NCBI GenBank assembly: GCA_001662655.1
Contig: KV460216.1
Direction: 5' to 3' (one strand)
Length of the DNA: 64,000 nt
Source: Pseudogymnoascus verrucosus
Taxonomy: Eukaryota
The notes beneath the pieces were generated by a model that was given only the letters and a program-made list of their open reading frames with translations, searched no databases and was not told the DNA's origin. Shown here piece by piece: positions 25,137 through 39,264 of this stretch. Both the position numbers and the translations under genes were made by a program. Each line of letters starts with the position of its first letter. Within the stretch, counting starts at the first letter, position 1.

Positions 25137-27494
25137 ATGTGGGAATGAATTGGCTGGATACGAGGCACTGGCCGCCGATTGCGTCCCGAACCGCGCGCGG
25201 CGCGAGCCGGGGACATGGAGTCGGCCCTCTACGGTGACAGTGTATGGTCAGTGTATGGTCGAATTCTATGGTGGGAGCTTGGGGATGGAGTTGGATTGGG
25301 ACCTGGGACCTGGTCGGGGGAGATGGAGATGAGCTGGACACAGAACGTGGCTTGCCCCTATGCCTGGCGCGGTAAGGTTATATTGCTGGAATGCATTTTG
25401 AAGCATGAGATTTGGATGCAGGTGGTTGAAAGCGACGAAGCGACGACTTTACTTGCTGGTGGTGTGCATATAATCCAGTACCTAGTATCCCCTTAGTAGA
25501 GTAATCATTACTGCCTTGGTAGAAGTATGTAGAGTACTTGATCATGTAACCTAGCTCACACACAAAAGTCCTTACTGGGATATCCCGACCATCTGCTGCA
25601 GCCGAGCGGTGTGATCAATTCGCTGAAGTGTGTGTTCTACAGGGCAAGTGCTACTGCATCTCCTTCTTCAAACACAACCTCTGTTGAAGATTTACGCCCA
25701 AGTTCACGCCTACGCGCTGCTTCACGAGCGCTTCATGCGCCAAAGGAGAGGCCGGCCGGGTTTCCAGTATTTAGAATGCAAATCCTTCTCGCGCTCCAGA
25801 ATTAGACAGCAGAAGAAGACATGAGATTCGCCAACCATGCAAGCCACTGGGCGTTGGTCTAGAAGGATAGGCAGGATCTTTCTCCCTAGCTTCGCTCCTG
25901 GCGCTTGCGTTGGGCGTTGGCGGGCGCTTGGAGCTGTCGGTTAGTGGCTGGTTGGTGCCACAACGTGCGTTCGACACCACCACCACCATCCTGATTTTCT
26001 TCCACTGCTGAAGATCTACGGTACTATAACTGGATTGCACTGTATTGCAGTGTATCGCACTGTACTATTGCTGTAGAGTATAGATAGTATAGTATATAGT
26101 ATAGTACATGCATCATTTGTTAGACACGGCATCGGCATCGTGTCGATTTCAACTCGGTTTTAATATTGCGTGCTTTAAACAGAATCTACTCTATAGCCCC
26201 TGCGCCTGCCCTGCCTCTTGCTTGCCATGTTCCATGTTTCTACGCAACCATTCTTTTTCCCTTTCCATCTTGTTGATCCCCTTGGGTCCCCTTGGATCCC
26301 CTAGAACCCTAGGATGCAACTCATCACTCTAGACTAGACCAGGCCGGCCATCCTTCGGCATGCGCCTGCTTATGAATAGTGCAATAATAATCCGTACATG
26401 AGCATGAGAGTGCATATATAGTACATACAGACCACATACAGACCACACACAGTATCCCATTAGTATCCCTCAGTATAGTACACACACTACAACACCCTCG
26501 GAAGACTTTCCGCTTGAGCGACGCCTCATTACTACTTTGGGGGACACTCTTCGGCATGCGCTTCAACGTGGCCCAACCCCAGCGAATCCTCATCTCTTAA
26601 CATCTTCCCCTCGCAATAACAGGCCAATACACGCTTTGAAAGACAACAAATCCCACCCACAGTCCGACACAGCTCTCCCCTCTCAATTTACTAAATTGGG
26701 CATCATTTATCACCTGACTTACCCGGACCCGAGAATGTGGTTGAGACTAAGATAGAAACGCTGTTCAGCGGCTGGAGGTTTCTGCAAGACGTCGCATGTC
26801 TCGTCCATTCAGCGCTCTTTACTCGCCAGAATCGCCATCTACACCACTTACACCAAGACCAATACACGTATGCTTCATGCACAGTATACCAGCTTAGCCT
26901 ATGACGAGATAGTATCTGCACTCTGCGCTCTGCATACTTTCGCACTTTCGAAGAAAAATTACTTTTGGGTGGTTCTCCTGGTGTCGGCCGTACTACTACT
27001 GTGCATCAGAAATTCAAACGACCCCTCTTCGCCCCTTCGCAACAACCACGACCACCACCCCCCTTCCGCCTTCCCCCCTCCCCCCTCCACCCTCTACCCC
27101 CCCCTTCTCCACACGATCTGCTGCGAAACGGACGAACGGTAAACACCAGACACACACGCCTTACACGCCTTCAAGTTCCTTCTGCCGTCTCATGCACTCG
27201 TTCTATCCTCTGTGCCCTGTGCTGCCACACTCACGAGGGTGAGGGTTGCCACTAGAGTTAGATTGGCAAAGTTAGCAGCTCGGCAAGTATGACCTTCGAG
27301 GGTCCTGTCGCTCAATTCTTGGTTACCAGTTACCAGGATATCGCATACTCATACTCCCCCCCCCTTCGGTCTTCGTGTGCGGCGTGAGATATAAGTGGCC
27401 GCTTCCAAGCCTCTCCGTCTGAGATGACCTGGTCTCCTGGTATTGAAATTGAATTTTCCCCAGCTTTGGCAAAATCCATAATTTATTCCACGTT

Positions 27495-29336
27495 ATGGCT
27501 CCTCGGAGGCAGATTGGCATTCTAGACCTTCCTGACGAGGTTCTCCTAGTAATCCTTCGTGCCGTCGACACCGATCCCGGGCCCATCAATATTGACCATC
27601 GCGCGTGGATGAGTGTCGTGAGCTTTAAATTCGAGAGTCAGCTGCCGCGCGAGCCTGAGGTGGTTGGCAATTTCCGCTTCACCTGCAGACGCTTCTCCGA
27701 GGTTGGATTGCAGCATCAGTTTAAGACCCTGGCCACGCGCTTCAACGAGGCGGGCCTCAATAGACTGAGAAATATAGCCCGCTACCCGCATCTCGCCACG
27801 GCGGTCAAGAAATTCACGTATCTGGTGCCCAGGCTGTTCTTCAACGGTATAGCGTAGCGCACCATTCGTCTCCTGCTGTGCGTTGCCGGCTAACCGTGGC
27901 CTACAGATCAGGCGCACATTGAGCGCATCAGCGATGCGATCATCGCGAATGGCAAGAGAGTCCCCGACCAGCTCATCGCGCAGGCGAAGGAGCAGGTCAG
28001 CATCGTCGAGTCCCAGATCGACCGGGAGACCCTGAACGGCGCCTTCGCCGCTTTCACTTCCCTGCAGCATGTGTCGCTGCTGAGCCTGCAGAGCCAAATC
28101 GACACCCGCTTCATCGCTTTTATGCAGCATAATGTATTCGAAGCGGAGCTGCAACCCAGTCGCACTGCAGCCTACCTCCATGGCGTGAAAACGCTGGGCA
28201 GCGCCCTGCTCTCCTCCCAATCACCTGCTAGTCGGCTCTCGTTTCCGATGATAGACGCCCAGACCGCTATCTCGCTCCAGAGCGTCCCCAGCGCACGGGT
28301 GCAGAGCATATCGTCTCGCCTCGAGTGCATATTGGCGCGATTCGTCGATCCGGATGAGTTCCAGGCCAGCTTTGGTCAGCTATCGGGTGTTATTGAATCG
28401 ATTCTTACTTGTGCTACGAACCTCGTGACTCTGCACATAGGATTTCCTAGGGGAAGACCAGCGTCGATTCCACTTGCAGAGGTTTTTCAAAATGAAAATC
28501 TCACGAGACTGCGTGTCATCTCGCTCGAGTCATGGAGACTCGATGCGGTCGAGATTATCGGCCTTGTCCGACGACACCGGAACATGCTAGGCGGATTGCG
28601 ACTTCGGGGCGTACTTTTGAAGCCCGGGAGCCGCTGGCGCGATGTCCTCATATTCCTAAGACAGGAAGCAAAACTCACGTGGTTGAGTCTCTCGGACGCA
28701 GATTACGCAGCCAACTTTGACCTAAGAGCACCGACTGGATTCGACGTTACAGATAGAGACTCGACTTACAGCAATGTCGAAGACGATTTCGACGAAGCGG
28801 ATATGGACTACGACCAAACCTCCGGCTCGGACGCCTCCGCCGAAGCCAGCGAGCAGGAAGACAACAACGAGGTCACAACAGACGTCGACAGCACCCTAGA
28901 CGCCCCATACATAGAATACATAGAACCCACCGACATCGAGCCCGAATACGACCTAGAAAACGGCGTCCACGACTCCTCCGAGCTCCCCAGCACAGACGAT
29001 ACCCACGATATGTGGGATAGCATAAGCCAGCGCAGCGAGCACGTCGCCCCTCCCTCCATCGACAACGAGGAGGCCGACACAAACGGTCACGTCAGCGGCG
29101 ACGAGAACGACTTCCCGGAGCCGCCGCCCCACGTCGCGACGCCAATCCCGTTATCCCTGTGTACGTGCCCCACGCTGAAGGAGCTTGATGAGGAGGAGGG
29201 CATCGATGGGCCGACAACCCGTGTGACGGCGAAGCAGAGGGCGGTGTGGGAGGAGTGGGTGCTGAGGAGGTGTTTGAAGCATGGGACGTCGGGGATAGTG
29301 GTGGAGAGTGAGAGGGTTAGGGAGTCGAGCGCTTGA
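27495..29336 (+). CDS. Hypothetical protein with an N-terminal F-box-like motif, an LRR-like middle and an acidic tail
   Basis: ILDLPDEVLLVILRAV...NFRFTCRRF. Intron 27847-27906 joins the ORFs in frame; repeated LxxLxL segments. Confidence 0.75.
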
Positions 29337-30457
29337 GTTGCTGTGTAGTAGTGCCGTGGGCGGCTCTGAGGTTATTATACGTTTAAGCTTTGGGTCGGCA
29401 TATAGATGTGGCTGAGGCGGGTTGGTGGTAGGAGGTGTGTGGGGAGAATATTTCTGGCGAAGGGCAATTTGATCTCATATAGGAGGTCGGTTTGGCGCTT
29501 TTGCTGCGAGATGGCGGATAGGGAGGTTATTGGGGAATGATTCAACATGGGGATTTAGGGGGGAGATGTCTGGATCTAGACAGGCAGGTGGTGGCGCTGG
29601 CGGCTTATGTCTTATTTATATTGCTCCGTGTAATTAAGGAGAAAAAGTTATTGGTGTCTTTGACGTCTTGTTTGATCGGTTCGGTGGCTAGCCAGCCGGC
29701 TTGAATAGGTCTTCGAGTAATCCGGCATATATTCTGTATAGGACTAGTCATTCATGGCGTCTCGATGCAAGTTACATATACCCTATCACATTACGTAGAA
29801 GTTTCGGACCAAACACGGACAGCCATCTACGGCCCTCAACTTCCAAAACCGTATTGCTGTTATTTATATGTTTGAATAATACCTTACTAGTGCACTAAAT
29901 AAATTTATTAGCCTATTCAATATCTGTATGAATTTTACTACAATTGTGTGAATTTGTTTGTCACTTATTTTTTAAATGCATTTTTATCACTGTTGTTTTT
30001 TTGTAATGCGAACCTAAATATTATAGTATCCCCAACCCTTCAAATGGAATTGACCCACTATTTAAACCCTTAAACCTCTAAAATAAAATAACCTTTAAAT
30101 TGACAGATAAAACCAACATATCTTTAATATTTTATTGTAGGTGTATCTAAGGATTGCGGATTGTTGTTGGCTGGGATTTCGTGGCTTATCTCGGGCCTCG
30201 ATTCCCAGCCGTGCGATTCGCGGGCTGGCCATGGTGGTTACGTAGGCGCCGCCCGCAACTGAGACATCCACCACAACCCCTCCTCATCGAGACAACAAAA
30301 CAAGAGTACCTTTTCTATGGGCTCCTGAACATGCGCGCCGCTGATGGGCGATCGATTCTACAACATCTACACGTCAATGCCTCCTCGCGGGTGATCTGAG
30401 CGCAGTGCCCACCAAGGTGACTCGACCGCCCGCGGAGCGGACCGGGCGAGCGACAAG

Positions 30458-32079
30458 ATGGTTCTCAAGCCCACGCTGAGCCTGACACTTCCCTCGCTGA
30501 AGGATGAGACGGTGCTCGATTGCCGAGTCTACTTTCCAACGACCTTATACGACCCCGCCGCGTCCACGGACTCGTCTTCAGGGAGCTGGAGCGGCGATGA
30601 CGAAAAACAACGCGAGAGAGAAAGGACGAGAAGCCAGCTGAACGGGGAGGCTCGCGCCTCGGACAGTCACAGGTGGACTGGGAAAAGGAAGAAGGCGGCG
30701 ATAATAGCACATCCATATGCACCGCTAGGTGGGAGCTGCGACGATTATATTGTGCAGCAGACCGCGGGAATACTGCTGAAGCAAGGTTTCGTGGTGGGGT
30801 TGTTCAATTTCCGGTATTGTAAAGCATTGGATCATACTATAGGAGAGATGCTGACTTAAACAGTGGTGCGGCTACCTCTAAAGGCAAGACGTCGTGGAAT
30901 GGGAAGCCGGAAGTATGCGATTACCACTCTATGGTCGGGTTCATGGCGGCTTTCATGCACCACCTCGACTTGGAACCCGTGTCTCCCACCTCATCTCTCA
31001 CTGATGCAGGCACCTACGAACTAAGCACAATACCCTCACAACTCCCCGCGAACCCCGTATCCGCGCGTCCCACAACTTCCTCCAGCGCGTCAACAAACCG
31101 CGACTCCGCAGCAGTGGACAATACACCTCTCCTTCTCCTAGCGGGATACTCCTACGGCTCCCTCATAACGACCATGCTCCCACCCCTCCCCGCCCTTCTC
31201 ACGCCCTTCCAATCCCCCCTCCCTGGCACCCCAGCCTCCGAAATAAGACTCCGCGCCCAACACCTGGCAGAAGAACAGAATACCCTGCACACCGAGCGAC
31301 TCAAGCGCGCCTCAGAAGCGGCTACACGGCGCCAACACGCAAGGAACGTGTCAGGAGGTCTACGAGTCGGCGGCGACGAAACATCAGATGTACATCACCG
31401 GACGAGTCTGGACTCGCACCATGCCCGGAGGAGCTTGCGACTCGATAGGCTAGAACACAGCGACTGGGGCAGGAGGAGCGTGGAGCGAGTTCGGAGCTTG
31501 CGGAAGAGTCTTGACGGACACCGCTTCTCGCCTCCTCCGTCTCCCTCGCGCCACACGTCGCAGACCGAGAGACGCACGAATAGTTCGTCGGCTACTATTG
31601 ACACCCCCGGCGGCGCATCCGTGGTAGTGAGTCCGGAAGAGGCGTCTGAAGCTGTGGCTGCGACGGCAGCGGCGACTCCTATGCCACTTCTCCAGTTTGG
31701 CGAGATGGACGCGGTGTATCTCCTCATTTCACCCATACAGGGCGTGGTGGGCGGTTTGGCAACTATGTTCACTACCACGTCTGCGAAATCGCTCTTACCC
31801 TCCCTCTCGTTTCGGAAGAAGGATGCTCATGCTAGCACTGCGGCTCTTAACGGGGGGGACGGGAAGTTCGTAGAGAATAAGACGCTGGTGGTGTTTGGGA
31901 ATAAAGATTCCTTTTCGAATGCTGACAGGATGAGGAGGTGGACGCAGAAGTTGGAGGGTGCAAGGGGGAGCAGGTTTAGAGCTGTGGAGGTAAATAATGG
32001 GGGCCATTTTTGGCATGAGATGGAGGAGTTGGAGGTTTTGAAGAGGAGTGTTGAGAGATGGGCGAGGGAGTTGGGGTGA
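30458..32079 (+). CDS. Alpha/beta hydrolase, 2 exons
   Basis: AHPYAPLGGS, FNFRG, nucleophile GYSYGS, FGNKDSF, GGHFW. Intron at about 30814-30863. Confidence 0.88.
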
Positions 32080-32403
32080 TTTAATGGGAGGTATGACGAA
32101 GACACTGCCTGTGTAATAAAGAGATGGGCAGGCTATAGAGAGGGCCAGGCTGGCGTAGTATACAGCTCTTAATATATCACCGAAAGTTACGAGATTCTCA
32201 CGCAGGATGTGCTCTACTGATGTGGTTTGAAACGCCAGCAATGATGCCCGACTGCATTTTGTATAACTCCCGATCCCTATAATACATGTACAAACCAAGT
32301 CCCCATTCTCAAGATCCGCCCAGAACCTCTTTAGATTTAAATCCCCAACAGCCTAACAGCTCGGCCTCTTTCTTCAATATCATAGCACTGCACTGGACGC
32401 CCC

Positions 32404-35400
32404 TTACTCGTCAGTATACCTCGGGCCATCCTCATTACCACCATCTGCCCCCCATTCACCAGGAGTCGGCGCTCCCCATCCACCCGGCGTCGGCGCCGCT
32501 AATGCTCCAGGTGTAGGTGCATTCTCCGGCGCTCCGCCCCATCCACCACCTCCCCACCCAGCAGGTGTCGGCGCACTGGCAGCACCGCTCGCACCGGGAG
32601 TAGGCGCACTATACGCGCCCGGAGTCGGAGCATTCAAGCCACCAGGCGTAGGGGCAGTGACTTGAGCGCCCGGAGTCGGGGCATCATACGAGTTTGCGCC
32701 CCAAGAGCTCGTATTGCTGGGCTCGTTCGAGGAGTAGGCTGGCGTTTTGGAACCAGTGCCCCAGGCATCGCCGCCACCACTGCCATAGGCGGGCGTCTTT
32801 GAACCGGCTGCGAAACCGTCTGAGCCTGAGCCGAAACCTCCGTAGGCGGGTGTCTTCCCGCCAGCTTGCCATGCGGGAGTGCGGTTTCCGGCTCCATATG
32901 CGACGGTGCGCGAGCCGTCTTGCCATGCTGGGGTCCGTCCACCAGCGTCTGCAGCTGCCTTCCATGCTGGAGTTCGACCACCACCATTCGATGCTGCGGC
33001 TGTGAGATAAGTTAGTATGAGACTCGCAATGGGATTATACAAATGAACATACCTCGTCCCCATGCAGGGGTGCGGTCGCTGCCGCCCGCCCCACCGGGTG
33101 TACGACCACCATCCCAGGCTCCAGAAGGAGTCGCACCGCCGAAGCCTCCACGTCCTCCTCTTGATCCACCGCCGCCGCCGCGGTATCCACCACGTGCATT
33201 TGGATCGATCGTATTACCGGTCCTTGCATCTTTGAACGCAAGGGCATCCTTTGGCACATTGACTGTCTTGCTCTTGGTATGGAGTTCGACACGTGCAGTC
33301 GTGTCTGTGGTCTCCTTGACAATACCCAGAAGTCCCTTGTACGGTCCCTTCTTGATAGTGACAGTTTGGCCAATTGATCTGTCTCTGCCGGCAAATTTGG
33401 GCGGAGGCATGTCCATGTTTCCACCCTGCGGGTTCAGTTTCATAGCGGGGTTCATAGACGAAAGATCTGGACCAGCCGACGCAATAATTCGGCCACCAGT
33501 CGCAGAGATAGTTGCGATGTTGGTCGTGCGCACCACGAACACTCCGGCATTCTCGTTCTGCTCCGCGCTGTGGAGGAAGAGGAACGATCTGTGAATGTGC
33601 ATGATCTTTCCTTGCCTGCCACCATCGCCAATCTCCTTGACAACATCATCGGTGCGGACTTCAGACCCGTTGCGATCAGTGGCAACGGCAAATTTTCGCC
33701 GTTCCAGCTTGTTCGCAATCTGTGATGGCATAACTGTTCTGGTCTGCTCGTTTTGGTCAAGTACAGTCAGAGACTCCCTGTCAACCTTGATGATACAGGC
33801 AACGGTGGCTGGGTCGAGCTGAACAAGATCCCAAAGCTCAAATTGTCCCAAGGAGCCAGCACCGCCCGAATCGCTGGACTCGCGCAGGTCTTTGCTGAAT
33901 ACTGTAACTTCATTGTTGCCTTGGTCGGTCAAGAGCGTAACTCGGTCCTGAACGATCTTGACAACCATTCCGACCTCATCCCGGAAGCGACTTCCGCCAA
34001 TAACCTTGACGTGATCTCCCTGCCTAAACCTCTTCCTGAGGCCCTTGGTTGGTACCTCGATTGTTTGGCCCTTGAGTACTCCATCCGTTACAGCCATGGT
34101 AACGATATCAGCCTGAATTGCTATCGCCTTACCAAAAACGCCCTTCTGCTCGCCCTCGTAAACCTCGATGATATCGCCAGGGAGGTAGGATGCGTTCGCA
34201 GTACTCGCCTTCAAGCTTGCTGCCAGGGCGTTCAGGTCCAGATTCTCCGTGCCGTCATCTGCGCCAGATGCGAATCTTGTAACTTCTTCAAGCGTTGGGT
34301 TCACATCTTTAACCTGGATCTGCTGGATCTTAACATCCTTCTCACAGTATCCATTATTATATTCGTCGCCCATATAGTTCCAGATTTTCGTTTGTGGGTT
34401 GCCGGTGAGGTATCTGGCGTGTCGCTTCTTTGCCTCGACGTCGCTGAATAGCCTTGGTGGCGGCCTTGGACCAGCGTTGGCACGCTTACGTTTGCCTTGT
34501 GCATCGAGACCAGGAGCATTCATATCTTCGTGTAGACCGTAGTCAAGGCGAGGCACGAATCTGACCCTCACTTCCAAGCCGTTTTCTGTGACATCGACAA
34601 CCTGTGCAAGGTCTCCGGCGTACTTTGCTGGTCGCTTGAGGCGCACATATGCACCGGGCTCCAGCGGGGCGGTCTTTGATACCCTCAACAAATCCGGCAT
34701 CTCTTTGATCTCCACCAGTAGCATCTTCGTCCGGGGATAGACGTTCATGAGGCCATCGAGAGCAGATTCAATCTCTGCCTGGCGCTGAGCCTCGACGTAA
34801 ATGTATCCCTTGATGGGCGCCGTTGCGTTTGCGCGCTCGAAAGCGGATATGATAGAGAGCTCATCTTTCGTGCCGAATCGCTCCTCGAGGCGTTTGGTGA
34901 TCGAAAATACGACTTCGCGCTCCTTGCCTTCTTTACACTTCACAGCCCAGATGCTTGGATCGTCGACACTGGGAAGGAGCAATCGCTTTGGAACGACCGC
35001 TGAATCCCCACCGAGCTTCGCACTCCTGGTCTTGGCATAACGTTGTCGCAGAATCTCAGCTTGTTTCTCCGCGTCGAGACTGGATTCCATCTCTCGCCTC
35101 CTATCGAGCTCCCTGTGGCGCCTGTCGTCGGCATCGCCACCAGCGGGGAGGTCAAACGCATCGTCAGGGTGTGTATCAGCGATGAAGTTGTCTTTGAGTT
35201 CGTTCAGCTCGTCATCGTCGTCATCGTTTTCGTCTTCACTTTCGTCAACTTCGGCCTCTACATCGAGGAACTGATTGCGCCGTTCCCTTCTGCGTTTTCT
35301 TCGGTGACCCTTGGAGCAAATTAGTTCTGTAAGCAGAAAGGGCTTCAAGCCACAACGCGTTGCGACAGGCCCGCGCAATATCAGGCAGGGCTGTAACTTA

Positions 35401-35719
35401 CTGTGACCTCTTCCTCTTCTTCATCCTCGTCTTCTTCCTCATCTTCCTCGTCTTGTCCAGCGTCTTCATCGTTATTGTTATCACCGCGATCCCCCGGAGT
35501 TCGACTGCGCGATTTTGACTTTCGCACAGGCGATGTCTCTTCATCACTATCCTCTTGGTGCCTGTTGCTCACTGAGCTCCCTCGATTCTTGGGTGGCGCT
35601 GGCGAACTGTTGTCGTTGTCTGCGCCCTCCTCATCAGACAAATCAGCGGGCGCCGGGTTGAAATCACCCTCATCCTCTGAGTCGGAGAAGTGCTGATCGA
35701 GGAAATTCGCCGTAGACAT
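32404..35719 (-). CDS. SPT5: Transcription elongation factor Spt5, 3 exons
   Basis: Acidic N-terminus, [23 protein letters not shown] domain (KGYIYVEA), several KOW motifs, C-terminal GGRTPAW/APTP repeats. Confidence 0.97.
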
Positions 35720-36036
35720 GATGGTGACTACGCTCCGTGTATATGGACAGAGGTATAATGATCCTGTCTAGATCGATAGAAGTTGAGGTCAAAGGACCAA
35801 GAAAGTGAGGCCAAATGCTTGATCTACCCTTGTCTTGTTGCTTTGGTGTTGCCTCTGGCTCAATTCGCGCTAGCGACTCGCGGCATGTACCGGTGTCTTG
35901 GGAGCTAACCTAAAGGAGATAGGTTGATCGGGTCCGAATAACCAAGGTTCAGCCTCGGCTTCAGCCTTTCCCCTCAAGTCGAACTGAGAAAGGCGATGGC
36001 GAAAACAAAGTACAGAAGTGCTTGTTTTTGGCAAAA

Positions 36037-37303
36037 ATGAAGGCTCTCGTCGTGGATAAGTTTGTTAATGTATGTCTTCATTCAATTATATTCTGACATC
36101 GTAAGCTGACCTTTTGATCCAGAATTATGATGAGCTTAAAGTAACTGAGCTGGGGCATCATGATGTCCCATATGGCCATGCTCTGGTGCAAGTGAAAGCG
36201 GTCGGCCTCACCTTTGTCGACCTTTTATACGTATGTAAGCCTTTCAATTGCTACGCTGTGTTCAAAGACTTTACGTCTTTCATATGACAATCATTTCACC
36301 TTTATTTGGAGTTTACTACAGCCTCAAACCACCCTCTCCGCCCAGAGGCAACCATGCCATGAACTCCACCTCAGAAGTTCCAATTAACCTTTATTAGGCC
36401 CGCGGTAAACATCAGAACAACAGATCCCTCCACACGCCCCCATTCACCCTAGGCAGTGAATTCTCCGGCGTCATCCTCACCACCAACCCCCCCGCCTTGC
36501 CCCTCTCCTCCTTCTCACCCGGAGCCCGCGTCTACGGCTCATACCTCGGCGCCTTCGCAACCCACATCTACGTTCCCCTGTCTTCTTTCAGCAAAATTCC
36601 CTCCTCGTGGTCATTCCAAGAAGCAGCCGGCATCAGCTCGACCTTGCCGGTCTCATACGGTGCGCTGAAGAGGGCGGGCTTGGAAAGAGGGCAGTCTGTG
36701 CTCGTGCACGCTGCGGCGGGGGGCCTGGGGTTGATGGCTGTGCAGGTTGCCAAAGCACTTGGCTGTACTGTTGTTGCGACGGCGTCTACAGCATCTAAAC
36801 TTGCTGTGGCGAAGAATTTTGGCGCGGATTATTCGGTGAATTACTCGGATGAGGGGTGGGAGAAGCGGATACTGGAAGCCACAAATGGAGAGGGCGTGGA
36901 TGTTGTATACGACCCCGTTGGCCTCGTTGACCAAAGCCTCAGGTGCCTGAAGCATGGAGGACGCATCCTGCTTATTGGTTTCGCTGGAAGAGAGGGTAAC
37001 ATGGAGAAGATTGCGATGAATCGGGTGCTGTTGAAACAGGCAGTTATTATTGGGTATAGATATGGGGAGACTCACCGACGGAACCCCGAAGAAACAAGAG
37101 CTATTTGGGAAACTTTGGAGCCCATGATCGCAAACGGCGACGTTAAGCCAACGGTATACGATGGGGACTTCAAAGGCCTGGATAGCATCCCTCGCGCGAT
37201 GCAGGATATGGCCGACCGAAAGGTCTGGGGCAAAGCCGTGATCACCCTTGATGACCAAGTCGAAAATAGTCGAAAAAAGGTGGATATTCGGGCGAATATA
37301 TAA
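36037..37303 (+). CDS. NADPH:quinone oxidoreductase (zeta-crystallin/MDR family), 3 exons
   Basis: MKALVV start, DLLYARGKHQ, PPFTLGSEFSG, VLVHAAAGGLG, GVDVVYDPVG. Introns 36070-36122 and 36231-36397. Confidence 0.9.
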
Positions 37304-37424
37304 TTTTATATGTACATACTGTCTTTCTATGTTCTATTTCTGACTTTTAAATTTTGCCCACTGTGAACAAGCATAACATGAACAAGCATGTTGTGCTCTA
37401 AATTATTACGTCCCGTCCCGCGGT

Positions 37425-38696
37425 CTAATCCACATCGTCCGCATTAGTGTCGCCATACTGCTCTTTCTTATCGTCGGTCTTGACCCCGTTCTTGGCAGCA
37501 GGCTTTTCCTCCTCTTCTTCTTCCTCACTGCTACTCTCGCTTTCCTCTACGTCTTCCTCCTCGACGGTGACTTGCTTTCCCTGATTCAAGTTCACGCCCT
37601 CCTTAATCGTTCCATCTTCATTGACATCTTCCTTGAGATACAACGAAAACAGAACGACCAGATACACAACCCCAGTAACGCGATTCTTTAGCACATATCT
37701 GAGGCTATGTGAGCGTTTGATCGTCCTCTTCTCTCCTTTGCTGTAGCTTGGTTGGCCTTTCGTGATCGATACAATGCGGCGTAGATAATTTTGCCAACGA
37801 TTTTAACAGAACAAAGGGAATAAAACGGGGATTATGAAAAAGGGAACATACCGGAGTGGTTGCCCGTCCCAGTAAGACATGATGGGAAGGTGGAAACCAG
37901 GCAGCTTGAGCGCAAACTTGTTGAAATCCAGGTACGGGTTCCCGAAATCAACGAACACGGGCCGGCCAGCCTCAAACTCGAAGCCCTTACGATTGCCCTC
38001 TACGAGGAAATGCTTCTTCCGCGCCGCAGCGCCATCAGGTATGCCCTTCTCTTTCCGGTAAGCCAGTCCATCAGCTGCCCCGCCTTCCTCCACGAGAATC
38101 CCGATCTTTTCATCGAAGTTCTCCTTACACTTCTTGGATCCCAATGAGTTTGACGAATCGCCGTTCTTGCTGCCCAGCCATAGTCTGTCAATGCTGCTCA
38201 GGAATTTTCCAAACAACCATGGTTTGTCCGAGTAGACATCAGCCTCGAGGCCCGGATCAACAGCCCATTTGACGATTTTGAACGCGGATCCAAATGCAGG
38301 AGGTAGTCTGTCTCTTATGGGATGGTCGAAATCGTTTCCAAACACCAGGTCGTCGCCGGGGATTGCTTCGGTGGGAGTGAATGAGAATGAGATCGAGTAC
38401 TGGTGCTTGGTGTAATCGGGTAAAGAAAAGTACGGGCTGTTTTCCGGCGAGGAGTGGGGAAGTCCGTGATAATTCTGAGAAAGAGACTGGTTAGCTGAGG
38501 GCTTATGGCAAGTTGAGCGAGGGTATAGAGGGGAGGGAATGAGTGTGCGGACCTGGATGCGGATGTTGAGCGAAACGTCGGTGTGCTCCGACTTAATGGA
38601 GATGGGCTCCGCAGTGTTTACGGTGACAGTCTCGTGCGTGCTGGGATCGTAGGAAGTGCCCGCCGTGACACGGAGAGTATATTTGTTATGCGCCAT
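37425..38696 (-). CDS. DUF1769 family protein, 3 exons
   Basis: YTLRVTAG, GDDLVFGNDFDHPIRDRLPP, DPGLEADVYSDKPW, DFGNPYLDFN, YWDGQ, LRYVLKNR. Confidence 0.85.
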
Positions 38697-39264
38697 GGTG
38701 TGTATTACCAACGGTGAAAAATATCAAGAAACGGTGTTCTGCCCCGCCTTATGTATGGTCTCCCCGAATCGTGTAGTACAAACGGAGGCGGCAACACAGC
38801 AATTGTAGCACTACAATAGCCCAATTACTTCGAGTATGACCTGCAGGGCTGAGTTCACAACAGATAATAGCCCGCGGGTTGATGCGTGCGCAATGTGTTG
38901 CATTTTGCCACGTTTTGAGGCCGACCGGAATATGGACGGAATTTCTTGGGTTCGGTGCCCCACATCGGGAAACGGTAGCGATGACGATGTACATGTCAAT
39001 GCCGAGTCTAGCCCACTCTAGCATCGACAAGAATGCCATGAGATCGGGCTAGTAAAACCTTCTTTTTCTCCTGAATAATCTATAAAATTATGCTATATGT
39101 GGGGGATTTTATAAGTGAAATCCCGATTTATATTTATTCCTGATGCCGTGCCTCAGGTAACTGAACAGCTAAAGCCTGTTTGTTGGTCCCAAATGAAACG
39201 AGACCTTGAAGCATGCCGCATAGACTGAATATATTTAGTCTTTACCGCTAGAAATTACTTCCTG

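Noticed and set aside
24400..27490. 3-kb stretch with many short ORFs as a possible transposon or hidden gene
   Set aside because: No transposase or RT motifs, terminal repeats or coding-like bias seen; it fits a long divergent promoter/5'-UTR with simple repeats.
32404..33130. GGRTPAW/APTP peptide repeats
   Set aside because: This is the known Spt5 C-terminal repeat region.
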